From positions 111,292,001-111,356,000 of the forward strand of contig CM059431.1 in NCBI GenBank assembly GCA_030390025.1: DNA of 64,000 nucleotides. The letters are read 5' to 3'. This DNA comes from Squalus acanthias. Taxonomy: Eukaryota. Positions 1-11,065 of this stretch are shown here, piece by piece. The position numbers and the translations under genes are program-made. How positions within the stretch are numbered: the first letter of the stretch is position 1; every line of letters begins with the position of its first letter. The notes under the pieces were generated by a model. It was not told the origin of the DNA and ran no database searches. It saw only the letters and a list, made by a program, of their open reading frames with translations.

Positions 1-675
1 TTGCCGGTTTTCCGCATGCCCCGCGCATGCGCTGAAAACCGGCACTTGGTTTTTGGAAAAGGGGGCAGTTCCTCGGTGCACCGCGTGCGCGCTACAGGCT
101 GCGCGCACACTGTGCACTTAGTGCTTTGGACGCGCAGGTAAGGACGGAAGATTTTAGAAATGAAAAAAGGAGGAGTAAGACCCACTTTTAACAAGGTAAG
201 TAGTGAATTAAGTATTATTTTGAATTTTTTTTAACAGGCATATCTTTTTTAGAGACGTTAAAGACAGGTAAGTTTATTTTTATAACTTTTTAAAAGATTT
301 TAAATTTTTTCAAAAATTTAATTTTTTATTTAAAATGGTTAATTTATTTAACTATACTTATTTTATTAATGTGATGTTTTTTTTAATTTAATTGAGGTTT
401 AGCTGTTATTTTGCGGGTGTGTAAGATTCATAGCTTTCACAGCACTTATGTGAAACTTATGAATGGAAGATGGTGTGCTGCCATTGGCTCTAACTGAGTC
501 ACGTGATCCCACAGCTCGCACGAATTCACTACGCCGGTGGGATACACAAGCACTGCCCAGCTGATGTCTAGAACATCAAGTTCGTGCGAGCTGGATCTGA
601 AAAAGCCAACGGGGAGTGAGAGATCGCGGGGAAGCCTTACCCCCGCATCAACACTCAGTCTTTAATTTCTGGGCC
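1..675. mobile_element. Non-autonomous TIR DNA transposon (Harbinger-like MITE, AT-rich core family), left end cut by window
   Basis: Ends in TIR-like ...aatttctgggcc. GC-rich arms flank an AT-rich core. Shares gcgcatgcgctgaaaaccggca, aggtaagtttattttta and attgg..cacgtgatccc with the 38425-39155 copy and, inverted, with 4076-4826. Confidence 0.7.
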
Positions 676-904
676 AATGTTTCTTTTATTATTTGCATTT
701 TACTTGTCTCTTTCCTTTGCCTAGGATATTAGTGTACCATGCACGCAAGAACAACATTTGGTGACTCTTGATTTTCAATATTTAACAGGAAGGTTCCTTC
801 GATAGTGGAAAATCTACTGTATATAACAAAGAACCCTATTCATCTCTTCCATCACTTGTGGTTAGATTAGCACAAACCTGTTGTAAATTGTCCTTCAGTT
901 GTGT

Positions 905-1253
905 TAGAATCATAGAATCTTACAGCACAGAAGGAGGCCATTTGGCCCATCGTGCCTGTGCCAGCTCTTTGAAAGAGCTATCCAATTAGTCCCGCTCCCC
1001 CGCTCTTTCCCCATAGCCCTGCAATTTTTTCCACTTCAACTATTTATCCAATTCCCTTTTGAACTTGACTATTGAATCTGCTTCCACCGCCCTTTCAGGC
1101 AGTGCATTCCAGATCATAATAACTCGATGCATAAAAACATTTCTCCTCATCTCCCCTCTCGTTCTTTTGGCAATTATCTTAAATCTGTGTCCTCTGGTTA
1201 CCGACCCTCCTGCCAGTGGAAACAGTTTCTCCTTATTTACTCTATCGAAACCC
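905..1253 (-). mobile_element. CR1 LINE 3' fragment
   Basis: Minus-strand peptide EKLFPLAGGSVTRGHRFK...WNALPERAVEA matches the C-terminus of the 8545-10284 RT ORF; short-repeat 3' tail (tagaatcatagaat). Confidence 0.9.
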
Positions 1254-1449
1254 TTGTTGTTCGGCAATGTAAAAAATTGCCACCTTGTGCCAACACACTC
1301 TGTAAGATCTAACTGGTAAGAACGTGCAAATACTGGAGGAATATGATGCTAATTTCAAAATACTCTGCCAATTCTAAACATGTCCTGCACATTGCTCAAG
1401 GTTACTTCTAAAGCAGTAGAGAGAGACAGATGAATAAAATCAGGTGACT

Positions 1450-1690
1450 CATCATGCAAAACGTATTTTCAGAATGGAGAGATGGACTTGCTTTTTAAGG
1501 AAGTCGTGTCAGATAAACACTGACTTTCAAAGGCACCCAAAAAGGTTCAAGCCCCATAAAGAGGAAAAACTGCTGGGAGGAAATAGCTGAGAAAATAAAT
1601 GCAACCTTCCAGGTCAAAAGCACTGGGGAAGGCTGCCAGAACCACGTTAATGATGTCCACATGTGGACCAAAGTAAAGCAGTCCATACTA
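1450..1690 (+). pseudogene. Decayed Myb/SANT-like (Harbinger DNA-binding protein) fragment
   Basis: Translates in part to CWEEIAEKINATFQVKSTGEGCQNHVNDV, resembling the W..IA..IN....RT...C..(W)ND motif of Myb/SANT-like domains; stops present. Confidence 0.55.
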
Positions 1691-2079
1691 CAAAGGACTA
1701 CAAAGGCCATTGGCAGTGGACCACCCACCACACAGTGTTTCATCACAGAACAGAGAAACACAGAAATGTTCTCCCAGGTATTGGATTTTCATGTTGAGGA
1801 AATAGAACCAGGACTGCATAATCCTGATCCTAATCAATGCTGCAGGAATTCTTTTGATAAATCCTCAAAATTAAATTTGTTATTTCTTTCCACTCAACCG
1901 GGGCGAGTTTCCCTGCCCGCGCCAGGCAGGAATCAAGGTGGCAGTGTTCCGAAAATCACGGCACTGAACTTATGGTCCCGCTCCCACTCCTAATGCTCCC
2001 CACCACCATTTCCAGCCAGTCCTGGAAATGAGCAGCCAGAGTGTCTGCTTGTTTCAGGCAGTCACCCGATTAAAAAAAG

Positions 2080-2190
2080 AAAAAGAAAGACTAGCATTTA
2101 TATAGCGCCTTTCACGACCACCGGACGTCTCAAAGCGCTTTACAGCCAATGAAGTACTTTTGAAGTGTAGTCACTGTTATATAATGTGGG
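2080..2190 (-). mobile_element. DeuSINE (SacSINE1-like) 3' tail fragment
   Basis: Reverse complement of the tail of the full SINE at 46600-47063. Confidence 0.85.
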
Positions 2191-2585
2191 ATTAAGGTAC
2201 CCAAATCAGGCTCCTGTTCTGTACATAGGACCCCGATGCAATTTTCAGGTACCAATGGGCAGAGAGTGCACTACATAGAAATTGTTATGTTTGACAATGG
2301 AACCAACTGTTTTCTATGTGTGTATCTGTCAGAATCCCAGAAAAGTGATGGGGCAAGCATTTTAATGTCACTCGCATAAGTTTCAGGTGGAATCTTCCTG
2401 TTCACTCAAGGGATTGCCTATATGTCGTGCATCAAGCGCAAAGGGAACAAAGACCCATCAGGTTTCCACCCTTTTTTTCCTCTGCCTAACACCACAGAAT
2501 CAGGAGCATACTGGGTGTTACGCTAAGCAATATCCAGACCAGCATCTTCAAAACATTTGTTTTTAGTAGATTTAAGTACTGTATA

Positions 2586-3073
2586 ACAACAACAAATTGC
2601 ATTTATAGAGCGCATTTAACGTAGTAAAACATCGCAAGGCGTTTCACGGGAGCGTTATTAAACAAAATTTGACACTGAGTCACCTAAGGAGATATTTGGA
2701 CCAAAAGCTTGGTCAAAGAGGTAGATTTTAAAGAGCGTCTTAAAGGAGGAGCAAGAGGTAGAGAGGCAGAGAGGCTTAGGGAGGGAATTCCAGAGTTTAG
2801 GGCCTAGGCAGCCAATGGTGGAGCGATTAAAATCGGGGATGCACAAGAGGACAGAATTGGGGGAGCACAGAGATCTTGGGGGGGTTGTAGGGTTAGAGGA
2901 GGTTACAGAGATAGTGAGGGGTGAGGCCATGGAGGGATTTGAAAACAAGGATGAGAATTTTAAAATTGAGACATTGCTGGACCGGGAGCCGATGTAGGTC
3001 AGTGAGCACACTTGGTGATGGGTGAATGGGACTTGGTGCGAGTTAGGATACGGGCAGCATAGTTTTGGATGAG
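2586..3073 (-). mobile_element. L2 LINE 3' fragment
   Basis: GPKLWNSLPKPL...SSFKTLFKIYLFDQAF is a typical L2 ORF2 end; homologous to 30637-31155. Confidence 0.85.
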
Positions 3074-3759
3074 CATAGCAAGAAATGTGGGCTACTAAAG
3101 AAAAGTTGAGATCATGAGAGTCTTGGAATAGGTTAAAAAATCTTTTTAAAGTAAGAAATTGGGGGAATAAATTTCATTGTAGTTCTCAAAGTGTTAAACA
3201 TAATCAGTCCATCGTGAACAAAATCATAGTTGAGATTAATGGATTATTCATGCAGCCTAATGCCACACGGTCGAATCTATTAAATTAAAAAGGAATTTTA
3301 CAAAGCATATTAAGAACTAATTAATAAAATAGACACATGCAACACATTAGTATGCGTTGTTGAATCATAAATAACAGTTGTGTTTCATTCTTGACATGTT
3401 TGTCACTGAGAAAATTGTTATCAACAGTAATTTAATTCAAAGGTTAATGAACAGGCAAATCCATGAATGATAATGTTCTTTTTATTTGATTCCCAACATA
3501 TGGAAGCATAGCATTTGGGTCATCAACTAGTACACCAGGAACCTTTGTGCTACTGTTCCCTTCTCAATCTGGCTTTACATTCAGGCAATAATGGATGAAT
3601 TATAAGACCCACAGGTCTTGCCTTCAGTCGAAGGAAGAGGCAAAGCATATTTATCTGTAAGACTTAGATTATCATACTTTCCACAGTTGACTATCCATAG
3701 GGATGGGTACCTAGAACAAGCCATAAAAGAAACACCACTCAGCAGCTTGGAACAGCATC

Positions 3760-3950
3760 ATGAACATACAAAAAGAGGCAGACAGGTAAAGACCCTTTGG
3801 CCCATCCAGCCTGTCCCACACAATTGTGATGCCTTGTGCGTCACACTGTACACACTCCCCACCCGAAACCATTAGCTGATTCCTTCTGTCTAAAATCAAA
3901 AGGGTTTTGAGGTGCCTGTTACTATTTGATGGGACTTCATCCACAGTGGC
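3760..3950 (-). mobile_element. Old CR1 3' tail remnant
   Basis: aaagaccctttggcccatccagcctgtccc resembles the CR1 3'UTR stem-loop region. Confidence 0.45.
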
Positions 3951-4075
3951 TACATAAATTTCCGGTCTCTTCCCAGAATGTAATAGAGCATTTTATCCTA
4001 GATTTTCAATGTTGGTGGTAATCCATTTCAAATAAATGGGTTATTGCCGTTATCAAACGCTCGGCTTTTCTGTTG

Positions 4076-4826
4076 GGCCTGAATTTGCGGTCGGAGGCTT
4101 CCCGCGGGAAATGCTTCCGATCCGCAAATAAAGTCCGCGCCTACCTTCTGCCTCGGGATCCTCGGAGACTCCCGCTCCTGGGCCTCCAGGCGTAGACATG
4201 TGTAAAGGCCCACGTATCCTGGGGCGCAGACGGTTCGCGAGCGCCCCTGGGATCACGTGGGCCGGCCCAATCAATAAAAGAAGGGAATCCCCATTCATAC
4301 TTATGGGAATTCCGTACGTACAGAAATTCCATAAGCATGAATAGGGATCATTTAAAAAACACATTTACATCCCAAATAAATTCAAAAAAACATATTTAAA
4401 ATTAATTAAAATACAATTTAATTAAATATTTAAAACAGAAATTTAATTTTTTGAAAAATAAATTTAAATGCTTTAAAGGGGCTAAAAACAAACTGAACTT
4501 ATTATACATGTTTTTTTAATGCTTAAATCATTTTTTTAAATTTATTTTTATGTTCATTTAAAGTCTTACGCTGGTAAAAGCAGGCCTTACTCCTGCTTTT
4601 ACCAGGCGTAAGAATTTCACGGGCATTCACTGGGCAGAAGTTGGGCAAATAGCACCACTCTCCGCCCGCTGATGTCCATTTCCCGGGGATGCGGATGATC
4701 TGTGACAGAAGATTCTTGACAGATCACAAGTTCCGGATTTTCGCACGCGAATACCCGGAATTTGCAGGGCCCCTACGGGTGTGTATGCACCTCGTACACA
4801 CCCATAGTACCCGGAAAATCCAGGCC
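4076..4826. mobile_element. Non-autonomous TIR element (AT-rich core family), inverted relative to 38425-39155
   Basis: Imperfect TIRs ggcctgaatttgcgg / ccggaaaatccaggcc; internal similarity to the 38.4-39.2 kb copy along its whole length. Confidence 0.8.
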
Positions 4827-5204
4827 ATTGACTACATAAGGACTTAATTCAATCTGATGGAGCTAGCTCACAATGCTTGTAGTCAATGAAATACATCAGA
4901 GCTACTCTACATGATATGTCAACTCTGTCAGCACCACCACTGCGGCTTGTTAAGCCTCTCATGAGACACTTCTGGGAATTGAAGGAAAGATCAATCGTTG
5001 AGTTAGCCTAGAAAGGTGACTTGCCTGTCAGTCAGAGATGGACTATCATCCCGCCAACTAACAATACCAGTCAGACTAATGGGGCAAAGTAATTCATTCA
5101 TGTGACAATAAGAGGCAGTCTATAAGGGGGGGAAAAAATAACATATGAGGTGAAGGATATAATCATTTGGACTTCTGTTGCAAATTAAAATTGATTACAA
5201 ACCA

Positions 5205-5540
5205 AAAAGCACTTACTTAATTTTTTTCCCCTTCGTTTTCTAATTTCCTCCCCTCTCCTGCTGAAATTTGCAGGCAGTTGCTATCCTTTAGTATCTTGTC
5301 TAAGTCATTACTCTTCATGTGTGAGGCTAAACAATGAGTGTCAGCAGGCTTTCGGGTGCATTACAACCAACCCTGATTAAGTCCTCATACAATGCCTGCA
5401 CACATGCTATTAAGGGTCACTGGATAGCTATTAGGAGCAGAACCCTGGCCAATTGTTCTCCTTCCTCGCCTGGGACACTGAAACCAATTTCCCCATCCTC
5501 ACTGCCGTACCAGCTGAGATCGAGCTAGTCAGTTCAGTTA
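5205..5540 (-). mobile_element. AmnSINE2-like SINE body; its head continues at 6178-6272 beyond a CR1 insertion
   Basis: Motifs ttcatgtgtgaggctaaacaatgagtgtcagcaggct and ggtcactggatagctattaggagcagaaccctgg are also present at 37300-37450. The family name is recalled, not searched. Confidence 0.5.
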
Positions 5541-5544
5541 TTCA

Positions 5545-6180
5545 GCGCCTTGGTCAGGCCCCACCTGGAGTACTGCATTCAGTTTTTGGCCCCAAACCAC
5601 AGGAAGGATATATTGATCTTGGAGTGGGTGCAGCACAGATTCACCAGAACGATGCCAGGGCTTAATGGGTTGAAGTATGAGGACAGGTTGTATAATCTCA
5701 GCTTGCATTCCCTTGGGTTTAGAAGGCTGATAGGTTATCTGGCTTGTATTCCCTTGGGCTTAGAAGGTTGAGGAGTGATCTAATAGAGGTGTTTAAAATA
5801 ATAAAGGGATTCAACAGGGTTTGTACAGAGAAACTATTTCCTTTGGTGGATGAAACCAGACAAACGATCAGAATCTTAACATTGGAGCTAAGCCATTTGG
5901 GAGTGAAATCAGGAAGGATTTTTTTCACACAATGGGTAATGTAAATCTGGAACTCTCTTCCCCCAAATGGCTGTGGATGCTGGGTCAATTGAAATTTTCA
6001 AGACTGAAATTGTTAGATTTTTCTTGGGTCAATGTATCAAGGGAGATGGAACAAAGGCAGATAAATGAGGTTGAGGTACAAATCAGCCATGATCTAATTG
6101 AATAACAGAACATAGGAACAGGAGTAGGCCATTCAGCCCCTGAGGGGCTGAATGGTCTACTCCTGTTCCTATGTTCCTGT
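5545..6180 (+). mobile_element. CR1 LINE 3' fragment
   Basis: VRPHLEYCIQFLAP...RRLRSDLIEVFKI; internal ~41-bp duplication at 5701-5771; 3' tail folded back into a hairpin. Confidence 0.9.
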
Positions 6181-6371
6181 CAGCATAGACCAATTGAACC
6201 TCAGCCCTTCCTGATCAATAAGGCTCATTACCACATCATGTGAAACAATTATCCACTGGGCCATTGAGGGAGATAGTTATTCTTTACTTGCAGATAATAA
6301 AATAGAAAAACAAGCTGATTTAGTTGTCAGACATGATATTAACTGTGCGAGCTTGTTAAAAAAACAGCGAA

Positions 6372-6780
6372 GGGAGAAATTGGTCCCCTTCGGCCCTTTC
6401 TTAGGGCTAAAAATTAGCATTGGGGTACTAATTTCGGGGCCCGATTTCACCCGGAATTATGCCAGTTGCCAAGTTGACAATTGGCAACATCCAAGTGTCC
6501 AGAGTGTGCGCTAATCATCATAATATCTATTTTAGGACCCGACTCCCAAACTTGGCATAAACTGAGTGGAGAATGCGCTACTCACGTTTCCGGGTCTACA
6601 GCGCCCGAACCAATGTTTCTGTAATAGAGCATTGGAGGCCACCGGAGAAAAGGTAAGTAACGCTTGTCAGTTACGTTAGCAGGAGTGCTCCTCCTCGCTT
6701 CACAACCATGCTGCGGGTCACTGCTGACCTGGGCCTTCCTCCCTCCCAGCAGCCATCTGCGGGGCGGCTCGGCGTAACAG
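6372..6780. mobile_element. Left part of a GC-rich TIR element interrupted by the CR1; right part at 10382-10847
   Basis: Starts gggagaaattgg, similar to the TIRs of 11066 and 24760. GC-rich sequence resumes after the CR1 tail and ends ccatttctgccgc. Confidence 0.45.
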
Positions 6781-6799
6781 CTTGGAGATTGCTGCACAG

Positions 6800-7309
6800 G
6801 CTGGGAGGAAAAAGTATGGAAGAGCTATAGTGATAGGGGACTCAATTGTAAGGGGAATAGATAGGCATTTCTGCGGCCACAAACGAGACTCCAGGATGGT
6901 GTGTTGCCTCCCTGGTGCAAGGGTCAAGGACGTCTCGGAGCGCCTACAGAACATTTTGTAGGGGGAGGGCGAACAGCCAGTTGTCGTGGTGCACATAGGC
7001 ACCAACGATATAGGTAAAAAACGGGATGAGGTCCTAAAAGCAGAATATAGAGAGTTAGGAGGTAAATTAAAAAATAGGACCTCAAAGGTAGTAATCTCAG
7101 GATTGCTACCAGTGCCACGTGCTAGTCAGAGTAGAAATAGGAGGATATTTCAAATGAATACGTGGCTAGAGGAATGGTGCAAAGGGGAGGGATTCAAATT
7201 TCTTGGACATTGGAACCGGTTCTGGGGGAGGTGGGACCAGTACAAACGGGACAGTCTGCACCTGGGCAGGGCCGGGACCGATGTCCTAGTGCTGTTGGGG
7301 AGCGTTTAA
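6800..7309 (+). pseudogene. CR1 ORF1 SGNH/GDSL esterase-like domain (one in-frame stop)
   Basis: RAIVIGDSIVRG...CCLPGARVKD...VHIGTND...DSLHL, corresponding to SGNH blocks I, II, III and V. Confidence 0.85.
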
Positions 7310-7436
7310 ATTAAAGTGGCAGGGGGTTGGGAACCTGAGCAGTGAGAAAGAGGAAAGGGAAACAAGGATAAAAGCAAAAGACAGGAAGGAGAAAAACAAA
7401 AGTAGAAGGCAAAGAACTCAACGGTTTAAATCAAAC

Positions 7437-8530
7437 ATGGTCACAGTAAATAATAATTCATATAGGTCTGAGAGCGTTAAAAAAACAAGCCTGAAGGCTT
7501 TGTGTCTTAATGCAAGGAGCATTCGGAACAAGGTGGATGATTTAGCTGCGCAAATAGAGGTAAATGAATACGATTTGATTGGGATTACAGAAACATGGCT
7601 CCAGGGTGGCCAAGGCTGGGAACTCAACATCCAGGGTTATTCAATATTTAGGAAAGATAGGCAAAAAAGAAAGGGAGGTGGGGTAGCATTGCTTGTTAAA
7701 GAGGGGATTAACACAATTGAAAGGAAGGATAGTGACTCTGATGATGCGGAATCTCTATGGGTAGAACTGAGAAATAACAAGGGGCAGAAAACGTTAGTGG
7801 GAGTGGTATATAGACCTCCAAACAGTAATACGGAGGTTGGGGACGGCATTAAAAAGGAAATTAGAGAAGCATGCAGTAAGGGCACAGCAGTCATCATGGA
7901 TGACTTTAATTTACATATAGATTGGGCTAACCAAATTAGTAAAAATACTGTGGAGAAGGAATTCCTAGAATGTTACGGGATGGTTTTCTGGAACAATATG
8001 TCGAGGAACCAACCAGAGATCAGGCCATCTTAGACTGGGTATTATGTAACGAGAAAGGATTAATTAGCAATCTTGTTGTACGAGGCCCCTTGGGTCAGAG
8101 TGATCATAGTATGATAGAATTCTTCATTAGGATGGAGAGTGAAGTAGTTGAATCAGAGACTAGGGTCCTGAAATTAAATAAAGGAAACTACGATGGTATG
8201 AGGCGCAAATTGGGTTGGATTGATTGGGGAATGTCACTCAAAGGGTTGATGGAAAACATTCAAAGACTGCATGGATGAACTACAGAATTTGTTCATCCCA
8301 GTGTGGCATAAGAATAAAACAAAAAGGGTGACTCAACCGTGGCTAACAAGGGAAATTAGGGATAGCATAAGATCCAAGGAGAGGGCATATAAATTGGCCA
8401 GAAAAAGCGGTAACCCTGAGGATTGGGAGCAGTTTAGGATTCAAGAAAAGGAGGACAAAGGGATTAATTAAGAAGGGGAAAATAGAATATGAAAGTAAGC
8501 TTGCAGGGAACATAAAAACTGACTGTAAGA
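7437..8530 (+). pseudogene. CR1 ORF2 APE endonuclease region (frameshifted)
   Basis: NARSI, GITETW, GGGVAL, VYRPP, DFN, LDWVL and SDH motifs are spread over the ORFs at 7437, 7970 and 8271. Confidence 0.9.
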
Positions 8531-8544
8531 GCTTTTATAGATAT

Positions 8545-10284
8545 GTGAAGAGAAAAAGATTAGTGAAATCAAGTGTAGGTCCCTTGCAGTCAGAAGCGGG
8601 GGAAGTTATAATGGGGAACAAAGAAATGGCAGACCAATTAAATGCATATTTTGGTTCTGTCTTCACAAAGGAGGACACAAATAACCTCCCAGAGATGTTG
8701 GAGAACATAGGGTCTGATGAAAGAGAGGAACTGAAAGAAATCAGTATTTGCAGGGAAATGGTGTTAGGGAAATTGATGGGATTGAAGGCCGATAAATCCC
8801 CAGGGCCTGATAATCTACATCCTAGGGTACTTAAGGAAGTGGCCCTAGAAATAGTAAATGCATTGCTGATCATCTTCCAACATTTGATGGAATCTGGATC
8901 TGTACCCATGGATTGGAGGGTAGCTAATGTTACCCCACTATTCAAAAAGGGTGGTAGAGAGAAAGCGGGGAATTACAGACTGGTAAGCCTGACATCGGTA
9001 GTGGGGAAAATGCTAGAGTCCATTATAAAGGATGTAATAGCTGAGCACATGAAAAACAGTGACAGGATCGGACAAAGTCAACATGGATTTACAAAAGGTA
9101 AATCGTGCTTGACTAATCTACTGGAATTTTTTGAGGATGTAACTGCAAAAATAGATAAGGGAGAACCAGTAGATGTAGTGTATTTAGACTTTCAAAAGGC
9201 TTTCAATAAGGTCCCGCATAAGAGATTAGCATGTAAAGTTAAGGCACATGGGATTGGGGGCAAGATATTGACTTGGATAGAGAACTGGTTGGCGGAGAGA
9301 AAGCAGAGAGTAGGATTTAATGGGTCTTTTTCCGAGTGGCAGGCAGTGACTAGTGGGGTACCGCAGGGATTGGTCCTTGGACCTCAGCTATTCACAATAT
9401 ACATTAATGATCTAGATAAGGGAACTAAATGTAATATCTCCAAGTTTGCAGATGACACAAAGCTGGGTGTGCGTGTGTGCTGCGAAGAGGATACCGAGAA
9501 ACTCCAGGATGATTTGGACAGGTTGGGTGAGTGGGCAGAAGCGTGGCAGATGCAATATAACGTGGATAAATGCGAGGTTATCCACTTTGGTGTCAAAAAC
9601 AGAAAGGCAGACTATTATCTGAATGGCAATAGATTGGGAGAAGGGGAAGTGCAACGAGACCTGGGTGTCCTTGTGCACCAGTCGCTGAAGGTAAGCATGC
9701 AGGCGCAGCAGGCGGTGAAGAAGGCAAATGGTATGTTGGCCTTCATAGCGAAAGGGTTTGAGTATAGGAACAGGGATGTCCTGCTGCAGTTGTACAGGGC
9801 CTTGGTGAGACCACACCTTGAGTACTGTGTGCAGTTTTGGTCGCCTTATCTGAGGAAGGATGTTCTTGCCATGGAAGGAGTTCAGCGAAGATTCACAAGG
9901 CTGATACCTGGGATGGCAGGAATGACATATGAGGAGAGATTGGGTCAATTGGGCTTATACTCGCTGGAGTATAGAAGAATGAGAGGGGATCTCATCGAAA
10001 CATATAAAATTCTGACAGGTCTGGACAAACTAGATGCAGGAAGAATGTTCCCGATGGTCGGAGAGTCCAGAACCAGGGGTCATAATCTAAGGATAAGGGG
10101 TAAGCCATTTAGGACACAAATAAGGAAGAATTTCTTCACCCAGAGAGTGGTGAACCTGTGGAATTCTCTACCACAGAAGGTAGTTGAGGCCAAGTCATTA
10201 AATATATTCAAGAATGAGTTAGATATATTTCTTAAAGCTAAAGGTATCAAGGGATATGGGGAGAAGGCAGGTACAGGGTACTGA
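8545..10284 (+). CDS. CR1 ORF2 reverse transcriptase region (579 aa open frame, not an independent gene)
   Basis: KSPGPD, NYRLVSLTS, QHGF, YLDFQKAF, GVPQG, FADD motifs. Confidence 0.92.
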   Translation: MKRKRLVKSSVGPLQSEAGEVIMGNKEMADQLNAYFGSVFTKEDTNNLPEMLENIGSDEREELKEISICREMVLGKLMGLKADKSPGPDNLHPRVLKEVALEIVNALLIIFQHLMESGSVPMDWRVANVTPLFKKGGREKAGNYRLVSLTSVVGKMLESIIKDVIAEHMKNSDRIGQSQHGFTKGKSCLTNLLEFFEDVTAKIDKGEPVDVVYLDFQKAFNKVPHKRLACKVKAHGIGGKILTWIENWLAERKQRVGFNGSFSEWQAVTSGVPQGLVLGPQLFTIYINDLDKGTKCNISKFADDTKLGVRVCCEEDTEKLQDDLDRLGEWAEAWQMQYNVDKCEVIHFGVKNRKADYYLNGNRLGEGEVQRDLGVLVHQSLKVSMQAQQAVKKANGMLAFIAKGFEYRNRDVLLQLYRALVRPHLEYCVQFWSPYLRKDVLAMEGVQRRFTRLIPGMAGMTYEERLGQLGLYSLEYRRMRGDLIETYKILTGLDKLDAGRMFPMVGESRTRGHNLRIRGKPFRTQIRKNFFTQRVVNLWNSLPQKVVEAKSLNIFKNELDIFLKAKGIKGYGEKAGTGY

Positions 10285-10515
10285 GTTTGGATGATCAGCC
10301 ATGATCTCATCGAATGGCGGAGCAGGCTCGAGGGGCCGAATGGCCTACTCCTGCTCCTATCTTCTATGTTTCTATGTTTCTCCTAAAGCCCCGACTGGCG
10401 AGCTGCAACGAGAGGCCCAACTGGCATCCACAGCTCGCCTGATCGATGCAGCTGAGGCCTAATTTGCAGCAAGCTTCGGGTCAACGTCTTTGGGCTGACG
10501 TTCCATGCGCAACGC

Positions 10516-10830
10516 CCATCTCGTGTCAATCTCGTGCCCATCTCGTGCCCATCTCGTACCCATCTCATGCCCATCTCCTGCCCAGCTCCTGCCCAGCTCC
10601 TGCCCGTCTCATGCTCATCTCATGCCCATCTCCTGCCTATCTCATGCCCATCTCCTGCCTATCTCGTGCCCATCTCCTGCCCATCTCGCGCCCATCTCCT
10701 GCCCATCTCCTGCCCATCTCCTGCCTATCTCGTGCCCATCTCCTGCCCATCTCGCGCCCATCTCCTGCCCATCTCCTGCCCATCTCCTGCCCATCTCGTG
10801 CTCATCTCATGCCCATCTCGTGCCCATTTC
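10516..10830. repeat. 11-bp minisatellite (cccatctc[c/g/a]tg), about 28 units
   Basis: Directly visible tandem array; it generates the spurious repetitive ORFs at 10446-10884. Confidence 0.95.
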
Positions 10831-11065
10831 GCACCCATTTCTGCCGCTAAACAAATTTATCAGCCATCCTATTTAATAACCTGAACGTTAGAAAAAACAG
10901 GAAAAAATTACTTAGCAGTAAAGATACCAACCCAACAAGACAGCCCAGTGACATAGCATATTTAGACAGTGGGTGCAACTTTGGATTTTCATTGGTGATT
11001 ATCTATAAAGACCAATTTTTAAAATCAGCATTCAATTTATGTTAATTCATATTTATTAAAGTCTA

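Larger units (their letters stand above)
6785..10381 (+). mobile_element. CR1-clade LINE, 5'-truncated within ORF1, young
   Basis: ORF1 esterase, ORF2 APE and RT in the correct order, followed by a 3'UTR and a (ttctatgt)n tail. Confidence 0.95.

Noticed and set aside
725..760. Candidate 36-nt exon after a strong polypyrimidine tract (…tttgcctag|GATATT…TTG|gtgact)
   Set aside because: Weak donor, unrecognised peptide (DISVPCTQEQHL) and no partner exons identified.
10516..10830. Possible CRISPR-like array
   Set aside because: Contiguous 11-bp units with no unique spacers, no cas genes, and a vertebrate context.
10446..10884. Three overlapping Pro/Ser/His/Cys-rich ORFs
   Set aside because: Artefacts of the stop-free 11-bp minisatellite.
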